A stretch of DNA of 62,921 bases, counting the filler, from Candidatus Woesearchaeota archaeon CG1_02_57_44 (lineage in GTDB: Archaea > Nanobdellota > Nanobdellia > Woesearchaeales > CG1-02-57-44): assembly GCA_001871415.1 (NCBI GenBank). It is 5 parts of 5 records of this genome, joined end to end, with 100 filler letters (N's around TTAATTAATTAA, not from the genome) between each part and the next. Parts side by side here need not be neighbours in the genome. Positions count along the whole stretch, not along the records: positions 9,254 to 39,415 come from MNWW01000025.1; 4 more parts are not named here. One strand, written 5' to 3'. A model generated the notes under the pieces. It was not told the DNA's origin. It ran no database searches and saw nothing but the letters and a program-made list of their open reading frames with translations. Each line of letters begins with the position of its first letter. Position 1 is the stretch's first letter. Position numbers and translations under genes: made by a program. Shown here one piece after another: positions 19,759 through 30,468 of the stretch.

Positions 19759-19878
19759 GCCTGGCCGCATCTCAACTGAAACCTTTATAAACCCAAGAGC
19801 CACCCACGACGCTAGACGGGCAGCATCTACATAGTGTCCGTGGGCGCACCCGCGCCTAAAAAAAGAGGTGAAAGAGCC

Positions 19879-20442
19879 ATGTTGAGCATCTACCTGAACC
19901 CACTGAACGCGCTCAAGGCAGCCAAGAAGCAAAAGAGCGTCACCCAACCGATGCTGCAGCTGCTCGCAGCGACGCTGCTCATCGCCATCGCGGTCCTGAT
20001 ACAGGGCGTGCCGCTCAGGAGCGCGCTGGTTGCGCTTGCTGTGGTCTATGTCACGGTCGTGCTCATCGCCGCAGTCCTTGACGTTGCGCTTTTGCTGCTG
20101 GGCAAGAAAGCGGGATTCGGCAAGGCGCTCACGGTCATGAACCTTGAGGCATCCATGATAGCGGCGGGCTATCTGCTGATATCGCTCGTCATGAAACTAC
20201 CCATGACCCACAACGCGACCGTCCCCTTTATTATCTCGCTCATCGCGATTGTGAGCGCTATCTCCCTTGTCGCAGGCAAGATACTCGCGCTGCGCGCGAC
20301 CATGGAGCTCTACAAGATGGATATGATCAGCGCCGCCATCGTCCTGTGCATCGTGTGCTCGGTCTTGCTTGTGGTCGGCTACCTGACCCTCGGCACGGTG
20401 TATGCCATGAGCCCGTACATCGGCATGATGGGCATGATGTAG
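19879..20442 (+). CDS. Multi-pass membrane protein (Yip1-like)
   Basis: Five to six TM segments, N-terminal YLNP; GAGGTG RBS; TTTATAAA at ~19784. Confidence 0.7.
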   Translation: MLSIYLNPLNALKAAKKQKSVTQPMLQLLAATLLIAIAVLIQGVPLRSALVALAVVYVTVVLIAAVLDVALLLLGKKAGFGKALTVMNLEASMIAAGYLLISLVMKLPMTHNATVPFIISLIAIVSAISLVAGKILALRATMELYKMDMISAAIVLCIVCSVLLVVGYLTLGTVYAMSPYIGMMGMM

Positions 20443-20943
20443 CGCAACACTATGCGGCGAAAGCCGCCATGCTTTCTTTTTCTTCTCCCCCTGAAGCGAT
20501 GCGGCCCTTGCAGAATATCCAGAACCGTCCATATCAGCATGCATCCGCGCTCAGCGTCCGGCATAGCCGCCGAGACGCGCACGGACGGGGACACCATAGC
20601 CGCCGCCACTGCCTGTCGTCGGCTGCGGCTGGATATACGGCGGAGGATCCTGGGCGCCCGGACGCAGATCACGCTGTCGGGCCTGCTCCTGCACAATGCC
20701 GACAAGACCTGCGTCTGGCATGATGACGAGTATCAATGCGATGGACGGGCGCATAGAAGGTGTGCTGCTCATCCTGCGTGAGGTTGACCACTCCTATAAA
20801 ATTTTTTTCATGCATTTATTATGCCTATGCCCGGACAAGGGGAACACTGCTGCGATGCCAAGCAGGCTGTGCCAAGAAGACCCAACCAAGAAGATCAGGC
20901 CCAGAAGGCCATGCCAAGAAGAGCTGGTGAGCTGTCACACCCA

Positions 20944-21222
20944 TCAGTATCTGGGTCTGCTGGCTTGATGCCGCGAATCTTGATTACCAGCAGACTTCTC
21001 AGCAGATCCATCGTACCGGAGCGGGGAAACGTGTCGTTCCGCGCCGTGATGAAAGACCCTGTACAATGGATCATAGACGTAGTCGATGACCGCCTGCCGG
21101 GGAGTGAAGATGCACTCAGCAGTGACCACCATCGCATTCAGCACCAGTGCCTCCAACCGCGCCTCTGGAGTGCCAGGTTTCGGAGCGGCCGGGTCCTTGG
21201 CGAACCATCCCATGCGAGCCAT
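20944..21222 (-). CDS. Hypothetical protein
   Basis: 92-aa ORF divergent from the kinase operon; no motif. Confidence 0.35.
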   Translation of the reverse strand: MARMGWFAKDPAAPKPGTPEARLEALVLNAMVVTAECIFTPRQAVIDYVYDPLYRVFHHGAERHVSPLRYDGSAEKSAGNQDSRHQASRPRY

Positions 21223-21336
21223 GAAAGAAGGAAACCGTGGTGCTTTATCAATGCTTTCTGTGCTGTCGGATCAGCCCGCATCTCCGGCAAAACCATATAA
21301 AGACCACGGGATACCTCCAAGTCAAGGGATTATGAC

Positions 21337-22491
21337 ATGGGAGAAATGCACCAACCTGACAAGAAAGCTGTTGAAGCGTTCATCGCGTCCTGTGAAGGCA
21401 AGCCTGCGGCATTGACTGGACTAGACAAGCTCGGCGAGGGCTGGCATGGCATCGGCTGGATGGCCACCTACACCATACTTGAAGACAGGGCTGCTCCTGA
21501 AAAGAAGGTCGTCATCAGGGCCATACGACCTGAAGGATTCGGCCATGACTTTGCCTCTGACCGGGCAGGAAGCCTGCTGCTGCAGGACGCGCTGTCGCGC
21601 GTCGTGCCCGGACACATCAGGAGCATCGGTGTCGGCGCATTGTCAGCGCAGGGCATCGTGCGCGTCCCCGCTGACGCTGAATTTGTGCAGGCAGTGGAAG
21701 TCGCCACGGGCGCGACTTATGGAAGCAGATTCAACACACTGACTGCGAGTCCTGCGGAGCTTGATGAATCACGACGTCTTGCGCAGTACCTGCTTGATCT
21801 GCACTCGAAAAAAGCAACCCTGCCAGAGCCACAGGCCCGCTCCACCTACAAGCGCGTGCTGCGCGACTGCATGGGCCACGGTGAGATGCTCATGGGCGTG
21901 CTGGACACCTACCCGAAAGAGTCGCTCGCATGGTTGACCGGCAAAGAGCGCGCGCAGCTGCTCTATCACGCAGAGCTGCTGCGACAGAAACTGGAGGATA
22001 ACCACGCAAGACTCTGCAGGGTGCATGGCGACTTCCACCAGCACAATATCATGCTATCAGAACCTTCGGCAAATGATCCTGCCGACAACGGCATCACGCT
22101 GCTCGACGCGTCCCGGTTCATCTGGGGCGAGCCAGCGGACGATGTCATCTGCATGGGCATCAATTACCTGCACCAGGCCATCAGGACGACCGGCAGGTTC
22201 ACCGGCCCCTATCGCGAGCTCTTCGACGAGTTCTACAACACCTATGTGGAAGCCAGCCATGATAAGGCCATCGAGCAGGTCATCCCGCTGTTCTTCGCGT
22301 TCCGCTCGGTCGTGGTCGCGCATCCTGTCTTCATCCCGGACCAGAGCGACGATGTGCGCAGGACCATGGTGATGCTCGCGCTCGGGCTGCTCAAGGAAGG
22401 GCGTTTCTCGACGAGACTGGTCGATAGGCTGCTGGACACGATGGCCGCACAGAAGCCTTCGACGGGAGACGCAGGAGGCGCGGGCGCATGA
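21337..22491 (+). CDS. Aminoglycoside-phosphotransferase/choline-kinase-fold small-molecule kinase
   Basis: LGEGWHG loop, RVHGDFHQHNI Brenner motif, LLDASR, GEPADDV. Confidence 0.85.
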   Translation: MGEMHQPDKKAVEAFIASCEGKPAALTGLDKLGEGWHGIGWMATYTILEDRAAPEKKVVIRAIRPEGFGHDFASDRAGSLLLQDALSRVVPGHIRSIGVGALSAQGIVRVPADAEFVQAVEVATGATYGSRFNTLTASPAELDESRRLAQYLLDLHSKKATLPEPQARSTYKRVLRDCMGHGEMLMGVLDTYPKESLAWLTGKERAQLLYHAELLRQKLEDNHARLCRVHGDFHQHNIMLSEPSANDPADNGITLLDASRFIWGEPADDVICMGINYLHQAIRTTGRFTGPYRELFDEFYNTYVEASHDKAIEQVIPLFFAFRSVVVAHPVFIPDQSDDVRRTMVMLALGLLKEGRFSTRLVDRLLDTMAAQKPSTGDAGGAGA

Positions 22492-23033
22492 CCGTCATAT
22501 GGCTGACCGGGCTTCCGGGCACGGGCAAGAGCACCATAGCCCACGCAGTCATGGCGCAGGCGAAGGAACGTGGTGAGGCGGATGGGCTGCGATTGCTCGA
22601 GCTTGACGCCATACGTAAATATATCACACCAAATCCCGCTTACACAGAAGAGGAGCGTGCCATCGTCTACCGCGCGCTCGCCACTATGACATACCTGCTC
22701 GCGCAGGAAGGCAAGCACGTGGTCGTCGACGCTACGGACAATACAGGCACCGGCAGACAGGCGGCTCGTGAACTGCTCTCCGGCGTCACAGGATTTCATG
22801 TGGTCTCGCTCATCTGCGATGATGCGACGCGCCAGGCCTGGGAAGAGGCCCGGGGAACGCAACTGTACTCACGGGCCAAGGCGGGCATGCCAAACGTCCC
22901 TGGCGCGACCGGTCGCTATGTGAAAGAGAAGCACCCCTCGCTCACCATTGCGACAGATACCCTAGCGCCCCCTGACGCGGCCAGCGCCATCCGCAAGCTT
23001 TTTAATGAAACCCAAGGTGACCAACCAACATGA
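22488..23033 (+). CDS. Adenylylsulfate-kinase-like P-loop kinase
   Basis: WLTGLPGTGKST, LDAIRK, YTEEER, LYSRAKAG..NVPG; ATGA overlaps at both ends. Confidence 0.85.
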   Translation: MTVIWLTGLPGTGKSTIAHAVMAQAKERGEADGLRLLELDAIRKYITPNPAYTEEERAIVYRALATMTYLLAQEGKHVVVDATDNTGTGRQAARELLSGVTGFHVVSLICDDATRQAWEEARGTQLYSRAKAGMPNVPGATGRYVKEKHPSLTIATDTLAPPDAASAIRKLFNETQGDQPT

Positions 23034-24271
23034 GCAATGTCAAGGACCTGAAACTCTCCGCGAGCGGACGACTGAACATCGAATGGGCAGAAAAAGAGAT
23101 GAGCGCCCTGCTTGAGGTGCGAAAGCGCTTCGCCAAAGAGCAACCACTCAAAGGCCTTCGCATCGGCATGGCCCTGCACATCACCAAGGAGACGGCTGTT
23201 CTCGTCGAGACCCTCAAGGCAGGCGGCGCTGATGTCTGGCTCGCGTCCTGCAATCCCCTGAGCACACAGGATGATGTCGCCGCAGCATTGGCTGACACGG
23301 GCATCCATACGTTTGGCTGGAAAGGCCAGAATAAAGAAGAATACTACCAGAACCTGAACGCGGTCATCGCCAGCAGACCACACATCACTATCGACGATGG
23401 ATGCGACCTGGTCTCGGAAATCCACCTCAAGCATAAGGAACTCATACCCAGCATCATCGGCGGCACGGAAGAGACGACCACAGGAGTCATCCGGCTGCGC
23501 GCCATGGAGCACGACAAGGCGCTCAAATATCCGGTCATCGCGGTCAATGACAACAAGACCAAGCACCTCGTGGACAATTACTACGGCACGGGCCAGTCAG
23601 CCATCGACGGCATCATCCGGGCCACTAATATCCTGCTCGCGGGCAAGACCTTCATCGTCGTCGGCTATGGCAGCTGCGGCAAGGGTGTAGCCCTGCGCGC
23701 CAAGGGACTCGGAGCTGAAGTCATTGTCACGGAGACCCATCCTTTCTCGGCGCTGCAGGCAAAGCTCGACGGCTATCGCGTCATGCCCATGGCGGAAGCG
23801 GTCAAGGAAGGAGACATCTACTGCACGGTCACGGGCGATAAGCACGTGCTCAACATGACGCATTTCGCGGCCATGAAGGACGGTGCCATCCTCGCCAACG
23901 CAGGGCACTTTGATATCGAAATAGACCTTGCTGGCCTCACCAAGGCGTCAAGCGCGAAACGGCGCATCAGGCCATTCCTCGATGAGTTCACGCTCAACGG
24001 CAAAAGACTGTATGTCTGCGCGGAAGGCCGGCTCGTCAACCTCGCCGCAGCGGAAGGTCATCCATCAGCGGTCATGAGCCTCTCATTCTGCGGACAGGCG
24101 CTCGCAGCCGAATACCTTGCGAAGAACAAGCTCTCGCCCGCGGTGCACACGCTTCCCGTCGCGGTTGATGACGACATCGCGAGAATCGCGCTCAAGGCCA
24201 TGGGCGTTCGCATTGACACGCTCACGGCAGAGCAGAAGAAATACCTTGACAGCTGGGAAGAAGGGACGTAG
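23030..24271 (+). CDS. ahcY: Adenosylhomocysteinase
   Basis: SCNPLSTQD, DDGCDL, EETTTG, DNYYGTGQS, GYGSCGKG, NAGHFD, GRLVNLAAAEGHP. Confidence 0.97.
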   Translation: MSNVKDLKLSASGRLNIEWAEKEMSALLEVRKRFAKEQPLKGLRIGMALHITKETAVLVETLKAGGADVWLASCNPLSTQDDVAAALADTGIHTFGWKGQNKEEYYQNLNAVIASRPHITIDDGCDLVSEIHLKHKELIPSIIGGTEETTTGVIRLRAMEHDKALKYPVIAVNDNKTKHLVDNYYGTGQSAIDGIIRATNILLAGKTFIVVGYGSCGKGVALRAKGLGAEVIVTETHPFSALQAKLDGYRVMPMAEAVKEGDIYCTVTGDKHVLNMTHFAAMKDGAILANAGHFDIEIDLAGLTKASSAKRRIRPFLDEFTLNGKRLYVCAEGRLVNLAAAEGHPSAVMSLSFCGQALAAEYLAKNKLSPAVHTLPVAVDDDIARIALKAMGVRIDTLTAEQKKYLDSWEEGT

Positions 24272-24355
24272 TCGACTGGTTTGTGGTCGGGTGTATGAGA
24301 CAGACAGTGGCTGCTGACCGCACTCTTTATATAGAGACTCTGCTGGATAGCCCTC

Positions 24356-24787
24356 ATGCCGCCTGTAAAAGGTTCCCGCCGCCCATACCGTTCAGGTCAG
24401 GATCGAGCACGATCCCGGCGGAGCGTCGGACAACCAGGACATGCAGACAGCCTCAGCCCGCATCGCGTGCGCCTCCTCCACTGGCTTTGGGTTCTCGCAG
24501 CAGTCCTTGCGCTTGCCTTCTTGCTCACTCCACGACATGAACGAAGCGGCTGTCACATCGTGCCTGAGCTTCCCTGCGGGACCGTCGGAGACAAATTGCA
24601 CATCACTAACAGATTTTCCTTTGACCTGCATAACATCACGCTCAGCATCGATGGCAGAGCCGCCAATTGCAGCAGAGGCATCGCCGTGGGCAGGGAATTC
24701 TCTTGCGAAACACCAGGGAAGGGCAATATAGCCCTGGGATTTATCGGCGATGGACAGTACTATCTGCTGCTTGGAACAAACAGTTGA
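24356..24787 (+). CDS. Small membrane-anchored exported protein with Cys pairs
   Basis: Basic N-terminus, TM, CHIVPELPC...NCS...FSC beta-rich domain. Confidence 0.55.
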   Translation: MPPVKGSRRPYRSGQDRARSRRSVGQPGHADSLSPHRVRLLHWLWVLAAVLALAFLLTPRHERSGCHIVPELPCGTVGDKLHITNRFSFDLHNITLSIDGRAANCSRGIAVGREFSCETPGKGNIALGFIGDGQYYLLLGTNS

Positions 24788-24841
24788 CTGGCAAGAATAC
24801 GCGTTCAAGAATACGAGTTCGCATATGCATCCGGACTCAGG

Positions 24842-26959
24842 TCAGGTATTGCCAAAGAATCCTGCGAAGCCCCTGTCTGATGTGTCTTCTGCAGCTGCTT
24901 TCTCGCGCTGCTGCCCATCATCAGATCCCTCTGTATCGTGGTTGAAGGACCCTGCATCAGATGACCCCTGATCAGCATCTGGGGTCTCAAAAGCGAATGC
25001 ACCCGATCGCACGTGGTCACGTACATCCTGCTCATCAGTATCTGCCGAGGAATCATCAGGGAAATCGCCAAAGTATCCGCCATGCTTATCTGAGGAGTCT
25101 TCAGAGGGCGGGTCTGCAGCATCCTCTCCGCGCTCTGCATGTCGCTTCTGCAGTCTCGCCTCTTCCTCAAGCGCCTTATCCACGAACATGCGCACTGCGG
25201 GGTCGGCCCGGATGCTCGCGCGCGCCTCTTGTTCGGGAGGGCTGCGCTTCGATCGAAGATACTCGTTGAACTCGTCAGCATCGCGCTCATCCTTCACACT
25301 CAGCTCCAGGTCAGATGCCCTGCGGCGCAGCACGACAACCGCGATGAGGACTGCGAGCAGCAGGAAGAAAAGCATGCCGAACCCTCCGGAACCCATGGCG
25401 CCGATGACATTACCGGTGATGGGCGAGCGTTTGAGCAACGACCTGTTATCCTCGACCATGACATCTGAGAATGACTTGTCAGCGAGCCGGGAGTTCACCA
25501 CGACCGCATAGGTCCCCTCTGGCAGCTCCTGTGAGAGGTCGATGACAGCCTTCTCGTCAGGCGCGAGCGAGAGCTTCTTGCGGATAGACGTCTCTGCAGC
25601 AGTGAGTTCCACGGCGTCCTTGAACGCCACATTGCCCGTATTATGCACCGTGATGATAGAGCCCTCCTGCGCGATGTCAAGTCCCTCGCGGATCGCCACC
25701 CTGAACTCAGCCTGCGCGCTCAGGCCTTCGGAACGGGCCAGCACCTGGTAGGCACCTGGCACCGCGTACTCGTCAAGACGCACCGCGACATCCTTTCCGG
25801 TCACACTTTCACTATCTAGCACCTTCACTTTCTTTGGATCTGTGACTATGGTATTGACTGCCAGCATCAATGGCTGACCCCCCTGGTCTAAGAGTTCAGG
25901 CGCGATGGTAATATCCTCTCCTGGCTTGGCCATCTCCCGGTCGACTTTCAGCGTCAACGTCGTAGGCACGGGTGTCACGGTGAAGAGCGCGCCAGCATCA
26001 CCAGCATTGCCTACCTCATCAACTATCTGCACCTGGACTTCATGCGTCCCTGACATGATGGCCTTTTGCAGCGTGAAATCATGAGAGAACCTACCGTTTC
26101 GCACCTCTGCGTTGAAGGGATAACCATCCACGTACACCGTCGCCCTTACGTTCTGCATCGGACCGCCCAACTCTGGCCTCACTGTTCCAGCGACCACAAT
26201 GCGCTGTCCTGGCAGGTATCGCTCGCCAACATCCAGCTGCACCTGCAAGAGGCCAGACACGCGAAACGACAACGCATCCTTGAAGAGCTTGCTGTTGCCA
26301 AACTTATCTGAGGCGTAGAAGTCCACGGCGTAGGTTCCTGGAGGATTGCCACGGCTGTCGAACTGGTAGGTGAACGCACCGTCTGTATTCAGCGTGTTTA
26401 TCAGGTAATCTGAAGCCCCTTGACGCAGATAGACCGTCACGGACGCAGGGTCCTGCGATCCGTCCAATAGCAGGAGGCTGCCTTTGATAATCAGCGAGTC
26501 ACCCATCTGAATCGTCTTCTTGTCGATAGAAAAATCTCCCATAAGCTCCGGCGCGATGCGCACCAGTCGCGAGTCCCCCTGCTCCAGGACCGTGCCATTG
26601 ACCTCCAGGGATATGCGGATCGTGCAATCTCCGCCATCCGTGTGCGGCACCGTGAAGGTCTCGGTGAAGGTCTGCGGCTTTCCAGGAGTCAGGGATACTT
26701 TCCTCGCGCTCAGCGGCAGCAGCGCCTTGCAGACCAATGCTGTCCTCAGGAATGCCTGTCCTGAGCGCACAGTATCGACATACGCGTCCACTTGGACAGT
26801 ACTGCCGATATTGTATGCGTCCAGCTTAGGGCCGATGACAGACAGTTCTGCCCGCACAGGCAGGGCCACCGCAGCAAATGACAGAAGAATGACCAAGAGC
26901 ACCGACGCAGGAGGGGCATAATGGACCTGCCTGGCGCCTCGCGCGTCGTTACTCTTCAT
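24842..26959 (-). CDS. Exported multi-Ig-like-domain protein with C-terminal TM and acidic tail
   Basis: Signal peptide, repeated beta-sandwich motifs (PGTYAV, GTHEV, PGAYQV, EGTYAV), ITGNVIG + TM + RRR. Confidence 0.8.
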   Translation of the reverse strand: MKSNDARGARQVHYAPPASVLLVILLSFAAVALPVRAELSVIGPKLDAYNIGSTVQVDAYVDTVRSGQAFLRTALVCKALLPLSARKVSLTPGKPQTFTETFTVPHTDGGDCTIRISLEVNGTVLEQGDSRLVRIAPELMGDFSIDKKTIQMGDSLIIKGSLLLLDGSQDPASVTVYLRQGASDYLINTLNTDGAFTYQFDSRGNPPGTYAVDFYASDKFGNSKLFKDALSFRVSGLLQVQLDVGERYLPGQRIVVAGTVRPELGGPMQNVRATVYVDGYPFNAEVRNGRFSHDFTLQKAIMSGTHEVQVQIVDEVGNAGDAGALFTVTPVPTTLTLKVDREMAKPGEDITIAPELLDQGGQPLMLAVNTIVTDPKKVKVLDSESVTGKDVAVRLDEYAVPGAYQVLARSEGLSAQAEFRVAIREGLDIAQEGSIITVHNTGNVAFKDAVELTAAETSIRKKLSLAPDEKAVIDLSQELPEGTYAVVVNSRLADKSFSDVMVEDNRSLLKRSPITGNVIGAMGSGGFGMLFFLLLAVLIAVVVLRRRASDLELSVKDERDADEFNEYLRSKRSPPEQEARASIRADPAVRMFVDKALEEEARLQKRHAERGEDAADPPSEDSSDKHGGYFGDFPDDSSADTDEQDVRDHVRSGAFAFETPDADQGSSDAGSFNHDTEGSDDGQQREKAAAEDTSDRGFAGFFGNT

Positions 26960-27084
26960 GAGTCATATCCTGGACTCCTGACTATAAATATTTTATGTGA
27001 AGAGCATCGGAGAGGGCATCGGAGAGGGACCTTATGGGAGGGGATTGTGGAATGGTGCAGCTATCTGCTTACGCTGAATGGCCA

Positions 27085-27942
27085 TCAGAAGATGAGCGGC
27101 GTGATATACACCTCAACAACCCCTGCCACCAGCAACAGCATGGCGGAAAGCGCGATGAGATCCGCGCCATCCATCAGGATGTGCGCCAAGCTCTTGTTAT
27201 TGATATGACGGTTGATGACCGCGAAACTGATGATGCCGCCAGCGAGCGCAGCGATGAAATACGCCATTATCTCCAGCACGCCATGGGTCATGTACCGGGC
27301 CACACCGATGGAAAATACCTGAAAGTGCGCTGTCAACCCTGTGGCGCCTGCTCGCGCGGCGGCTTCAGCCACAAGACGTCTGGAAAAATTGCCAATGGCC
27401 ACCGCTATGACGGACGCGTTCCACGCAAGGATGAAGACCACGCCGGCGCCGTAGAAGAACGCGAAGAACGTCACAAAGAAGAGGACCTTGAAATTGTTCG
27501 ACAGGATGATAAACAGCACAGAAGAATCAACGACCCGGCCGGTGATGCCCCCGTTGATACGTGTCAGCTCAGAAATCTGCTCGGAAAACGCGGTCTGCAC
27601 CTGCGCAGGGCCCAACAGCAGGTATCCCAGGGAATAGGCTACGGTAAAGCCCATGAACAGGAAGATGAAGAAAAGCAGAGCTTTTGTGTGATGGCGCAGA
27701 ATCTGCGCTTCTCCCTTGAGATTGATATCGCTCTTGAGCTCCATGCGTAGCGTACGCTCTACCAGGTAAACGCAGGAAAGCGTTGTAAGAAAGACTATCA
27801 TCAGGGAAGCCCATTGCGGAAATATCCAAAGAGAAAGAATGATGGCAATCGCGGCAAAGAACACGCCATACAGGAACATGGACTGGGGCCTTCGCTCAGC
27901 GAATGTCGGACCAACCAGCAGCTCAAGGACCATGCATCCCAT
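27085..27942 (-). CDS. SpoIIM/DUF95-family membrane protein
   Basis: ILSNNFKV, FILAWNASVI, HGVLEIMAYFIAALAGG, AGVVEVYITP. Confidence 0.85.
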   Translation of the reverse strand: MGCMVLELLVGPTFAERRPQSMFLYGVFFAAIAIILSLWIFPQWASLMIVFLTTLSCVYLVERTLRMELKSDINLKGEAQILRHHTKALLFFIFLFMGFTVAYSLGYLLLGPAQVQTAFSEQISELTRINGGITGRVVDSSVLFIILSNNFKVLFFVTFFAFFYGAGVVFILAWNASVIAVAIGNFSRRLVAEAAARAGATGLTAHFQVFSIGVARYMTHGVLEIMAYFIAALAGGIISFAVINRHINNKSLAHILMDGADLIALSAMLLLVAGVVEVYITPLIF

Positions 27943-28045
27943 TCTGGGACTGGTGGGTTATAAAGGTTGTGCCGTAAGAACCGCCCAGGATTAGTCACCA
28001 CGAAAATACGAAAGTATATAAACAAGATATGCTTGAATCAGAGCT

Positions 28046-28363
28046 ATGAAACGTGCCACACGCAAGAGCGCGCCTGTGAAGAAGATTTTGTCAGATAAGA
28101 TAATAGACCTTAAAATCGAGCACCTGCGCCTCATCCGCGAGCGCGCGATACTCGTGCTCAACAAGGGCATCATCATCTATTTCGCGTTCCTCATCGGTGC
28201 CATCATCGGGCGTACCAACCAGGTCATCACGCTTGAGCTCTTTAATATGCTCGTGGTGCTTGGAGTGGTCATCCTCATTGTCGCCATCATCCCCTACGCC
28301 AAGACCATGGCCAGAGAAGAGGATGAGATAGCGCGGCTCATGGAGCAGCTGGAGAGCCAGTAG
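28046..28363 (+). CDS. Two-TM hypothetical protein
   Basis: 105 aa, two hydrophobic helices; TATATAAA upstream. Confidence 0.7.
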   Translation: MKRATRKSAPVKKILSDKIIDLKIEHLRLIRERAILVLNKGIIIYFAFLIGAIIGRTNQVITLELFNMLVVLGVVILIVAIIPYAKTMAREEDEIARLMEQLESQ

Positions 28364-28462
28364 GTATTCTGAACACGTTGTTCTGCCCAGGTTCATGACA
28401 TTTTGCCAAACCCATCTTTCCCTATACAAACGCTTATATGAGCTGGACACACCCCTGCCCGC

Positions 28463-29590
28463 ATGCGCGCGACCTTGTCTGAGCCACTGGAGCACCCTGC
28501 CAAGGCCGTGCGCTGCACGGCCTGCCAGCACTACTGCACCATACGCGAAGGCCAGAGCGGTGTCTGCGGTGTCCGCCTGAATAAGCAGGGCGAATTGCAC
28601 TTGTTGGTCTATGGCAAGGCCAGCGCGGTCAATATCGACCCTATCGAGAAGAAGCCGCTGTTTCATTTCCTGCCTGGCAGCAAGATATTCTCCATCGGCA
28701 CGGTCGGATGCAACTTCTCGTGCAGTTTCTGTCAGAACTGGGATCTCTCGCAGGCGGCGAAGGAAGTCAAGCTGCGGATGCTTCGCGGGCGGCAGGAACA
28801 ACGGGAAGGAGAACACGACAGCAGAGCAAGCAAGCAAGAACACCCAACAACCAGCATCCGTGACATGGCCGCCGAGATCGGCAAGTTCGGCATCGAACTT
28901 GCACCCCAGCGCATCGTCGAGCTGTGCCTGGAGCAGCACATACCCAGCATCGCCTACACCTACAATGAACCGGCCATCTTCGCGGAATATGCTCATGACA
29001 CCGCGAAGCTTGCCAAACAGCATGGCATCAGGAACGTGTTTGTCAGCAACGGCTACGAGAGCCATGAATTGCTCGATCATATCGGACCGTATCTTGACGC
29101 CATGAACATCGACCTGAAGGGCAGCGATCAATTCTACCAGCAACTCTGCCACGCCAGGCAGGCGCCTGTGCTCAAGACCATCCATGACGCTCACGCGCGC
29201 GGCATCTGGATCGAAGTGACGACCCTGGTGATACCTGGCAAGAACACTGGCGACCTTGCAGCCATCGCACGACACATCGCATCGGTCAGCAGGGACATCC
29301 CTTGGCACGTCACCGCGTTTCGTCCTGACTACAAGCTACTTGATGCACCCGCGACGACACAGGAGGAGTTGTTGGACGCGTACGCAACAGGAAAGCGCGC
29401 AGGCCTACGCTTTGTGTATGTCGGCAATATCATCGACACGAAGCACAGCAGCACCTTGTGCCCCGCGTGCGCAAAGATGCTTGTGGAGCGCGCTGGCCAT
29501 GCAGTGAAAGTGACGGACGGTCAGGACAGCACTCTTCTACGCAAGGGAGTATGCTCCTGTGGTGAAAAGATACCAGGGGTGTGGCAATGA
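28463..29590 (+). CDS. amrS: AmmeMemoRadiSam system radical SAM enzyme
   Basis: CTACQHYC, DPIEKKPLFHFLPG, GCNFSCSFCQNWDLSQ, AYTYNEP, NIDLKG, PWHVTAFRPDY. Confidence 0.93.
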   Translation: MRATLSEPLEHPAKAVRCTACQHYCTIREGQSGVCGVRLNKQGELHLLVYGKASAVNIDPIEKKPLFHFLPGSKIFSIGTVGCNFSCSFCQNWDLSQAAKEVKLRMLRGRQEQREGEHDSRASKQEHPTTSIRDMAAEIGKFGIELAPQRIVELCLEQHIPSIAYTYNEPAIFAEYAHDTAKLAKQHGIRNVFVSNGYESHELLDHIGPYLDAMNIDLKGSDQFYQQLCHARQAPVLKTIHDAHARGIWIEVTTLVIPGKNTGDLAAIARHIASVSRDIPWHVTAFRPDYKLLDAPATTQEELLDAYATGKRAGLRFVYVGNIIDTKHSSTLCPACAKMLVERAGHAVKVTDGQDSTLLRKGVCSCGEKIPGVWQ

Positions 29591-30438
29591 AGCAAGTTCC
29601 ACGCAACCATGACGGCCACCCGTTCCATCATGCTCGCGAGCCTGTCGTCGCAGGAACCTTTTATCCTGGCGACGAGTGTACGCTGCGCGACAGCGTCTCA
29701 GACATGCTTACCACAGCAAGAAAAACCTATGCCGGAGAGCCCATTGATGCCCGCGCCATCATCGTCCCGCACGCGGGCCACCAGTATTCCGGACAGGTCG
29801 CGGCTGACGTCTACGCACGCATCAAGCCAGTGAAGAGAGCCATCATCGTCGGGCCCAGCCACACGACCAGTTTCCGCGGCGTCGTCACGGACAACCATGA
29901 CGCCTGGAGCACCCCTCTTGGCACCATCGGCCTGTGGAACGCAGGCATCGGCACATTCCCTGACGCGTTCGACGCTGAGCACTGCCTCGAGGTGCAGTTG
30001 CCGTTCCTGCAGCTCGCCATGCCCGGCATCAGGATCCTGCCTTTGCTCGTCGGGGAAGCAGACCCTGACGCGCTCGCTGCCAGCATCATGCCCCTGCTGG
30101 ACAGCGGGACCTTGCTCATCATCAGCTCGGATTTAAGCCACTATCATCCGTTTGAGAAGGCGGTCAGGATAGATACCGGCACGACCAGCGCCATCGCGCG
30201 CATGGACCTCGCCGGAACCCTTCATGGAGAGGCCTGCGGCATGCTACCCATCATCATGGCCCTCATCATCGCGCGCCAGCAGCACTGGCAATGCCGACTC
30301 GTCACCTACCGCAACAGCGGGCATGTCGCTGCCAAGGAGCATGTGGTCGGCTACGGGTCGTTTGTGTTCACGCAGGAGGATGAAGGCACAAGAAACAGCA
30401 GCATCAGGGAACTCTTGTCGACGATTGAAGATCAATAG
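29587..30438 (+). CDS. amrB: AmmeMemoRadiSam system protein B (MEMO1 family)
   Basis: VAGTFYP, PHAGHQYSG, GPSH, EHCLEVQLPFLQ, SSDLSHY, ACG, VVGYGS. Confidence 0.93.
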   Translation: MKQVPRNHDGHPFHHAREPVVAGTFYPGDECTLRDSVSDMLTTARKTYAGEPIDARAIIVPHAGHQYSGQVAADVYARIKPVKRAIIVGPSHTTSFRGVVTDNHDAWSTPLGTIGLWNAGIGTFPDAFDAEHCLEVQLPFLQLAMPGIRILPLLVGEADPDALAASIMPLLDSGTLLIISSDLSHYHPFEKAVRIDTGTTSAIARMDLAGTLHGEACGMLPIIMALIIARQQHWQCRLVTYRNSGHVAAKEHVVGYGSFVFTQEDEGTRNSSIRELLSTIEDQ

Positions 30439-30468
30439 TGCAGTACTGAACGCTAATAAGAGTCCGCC

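Noticed and set aside
20452..20968. Several short overlapping ORFs
   Set aside because: No frame has a convincing motif or RBS; left uncalled
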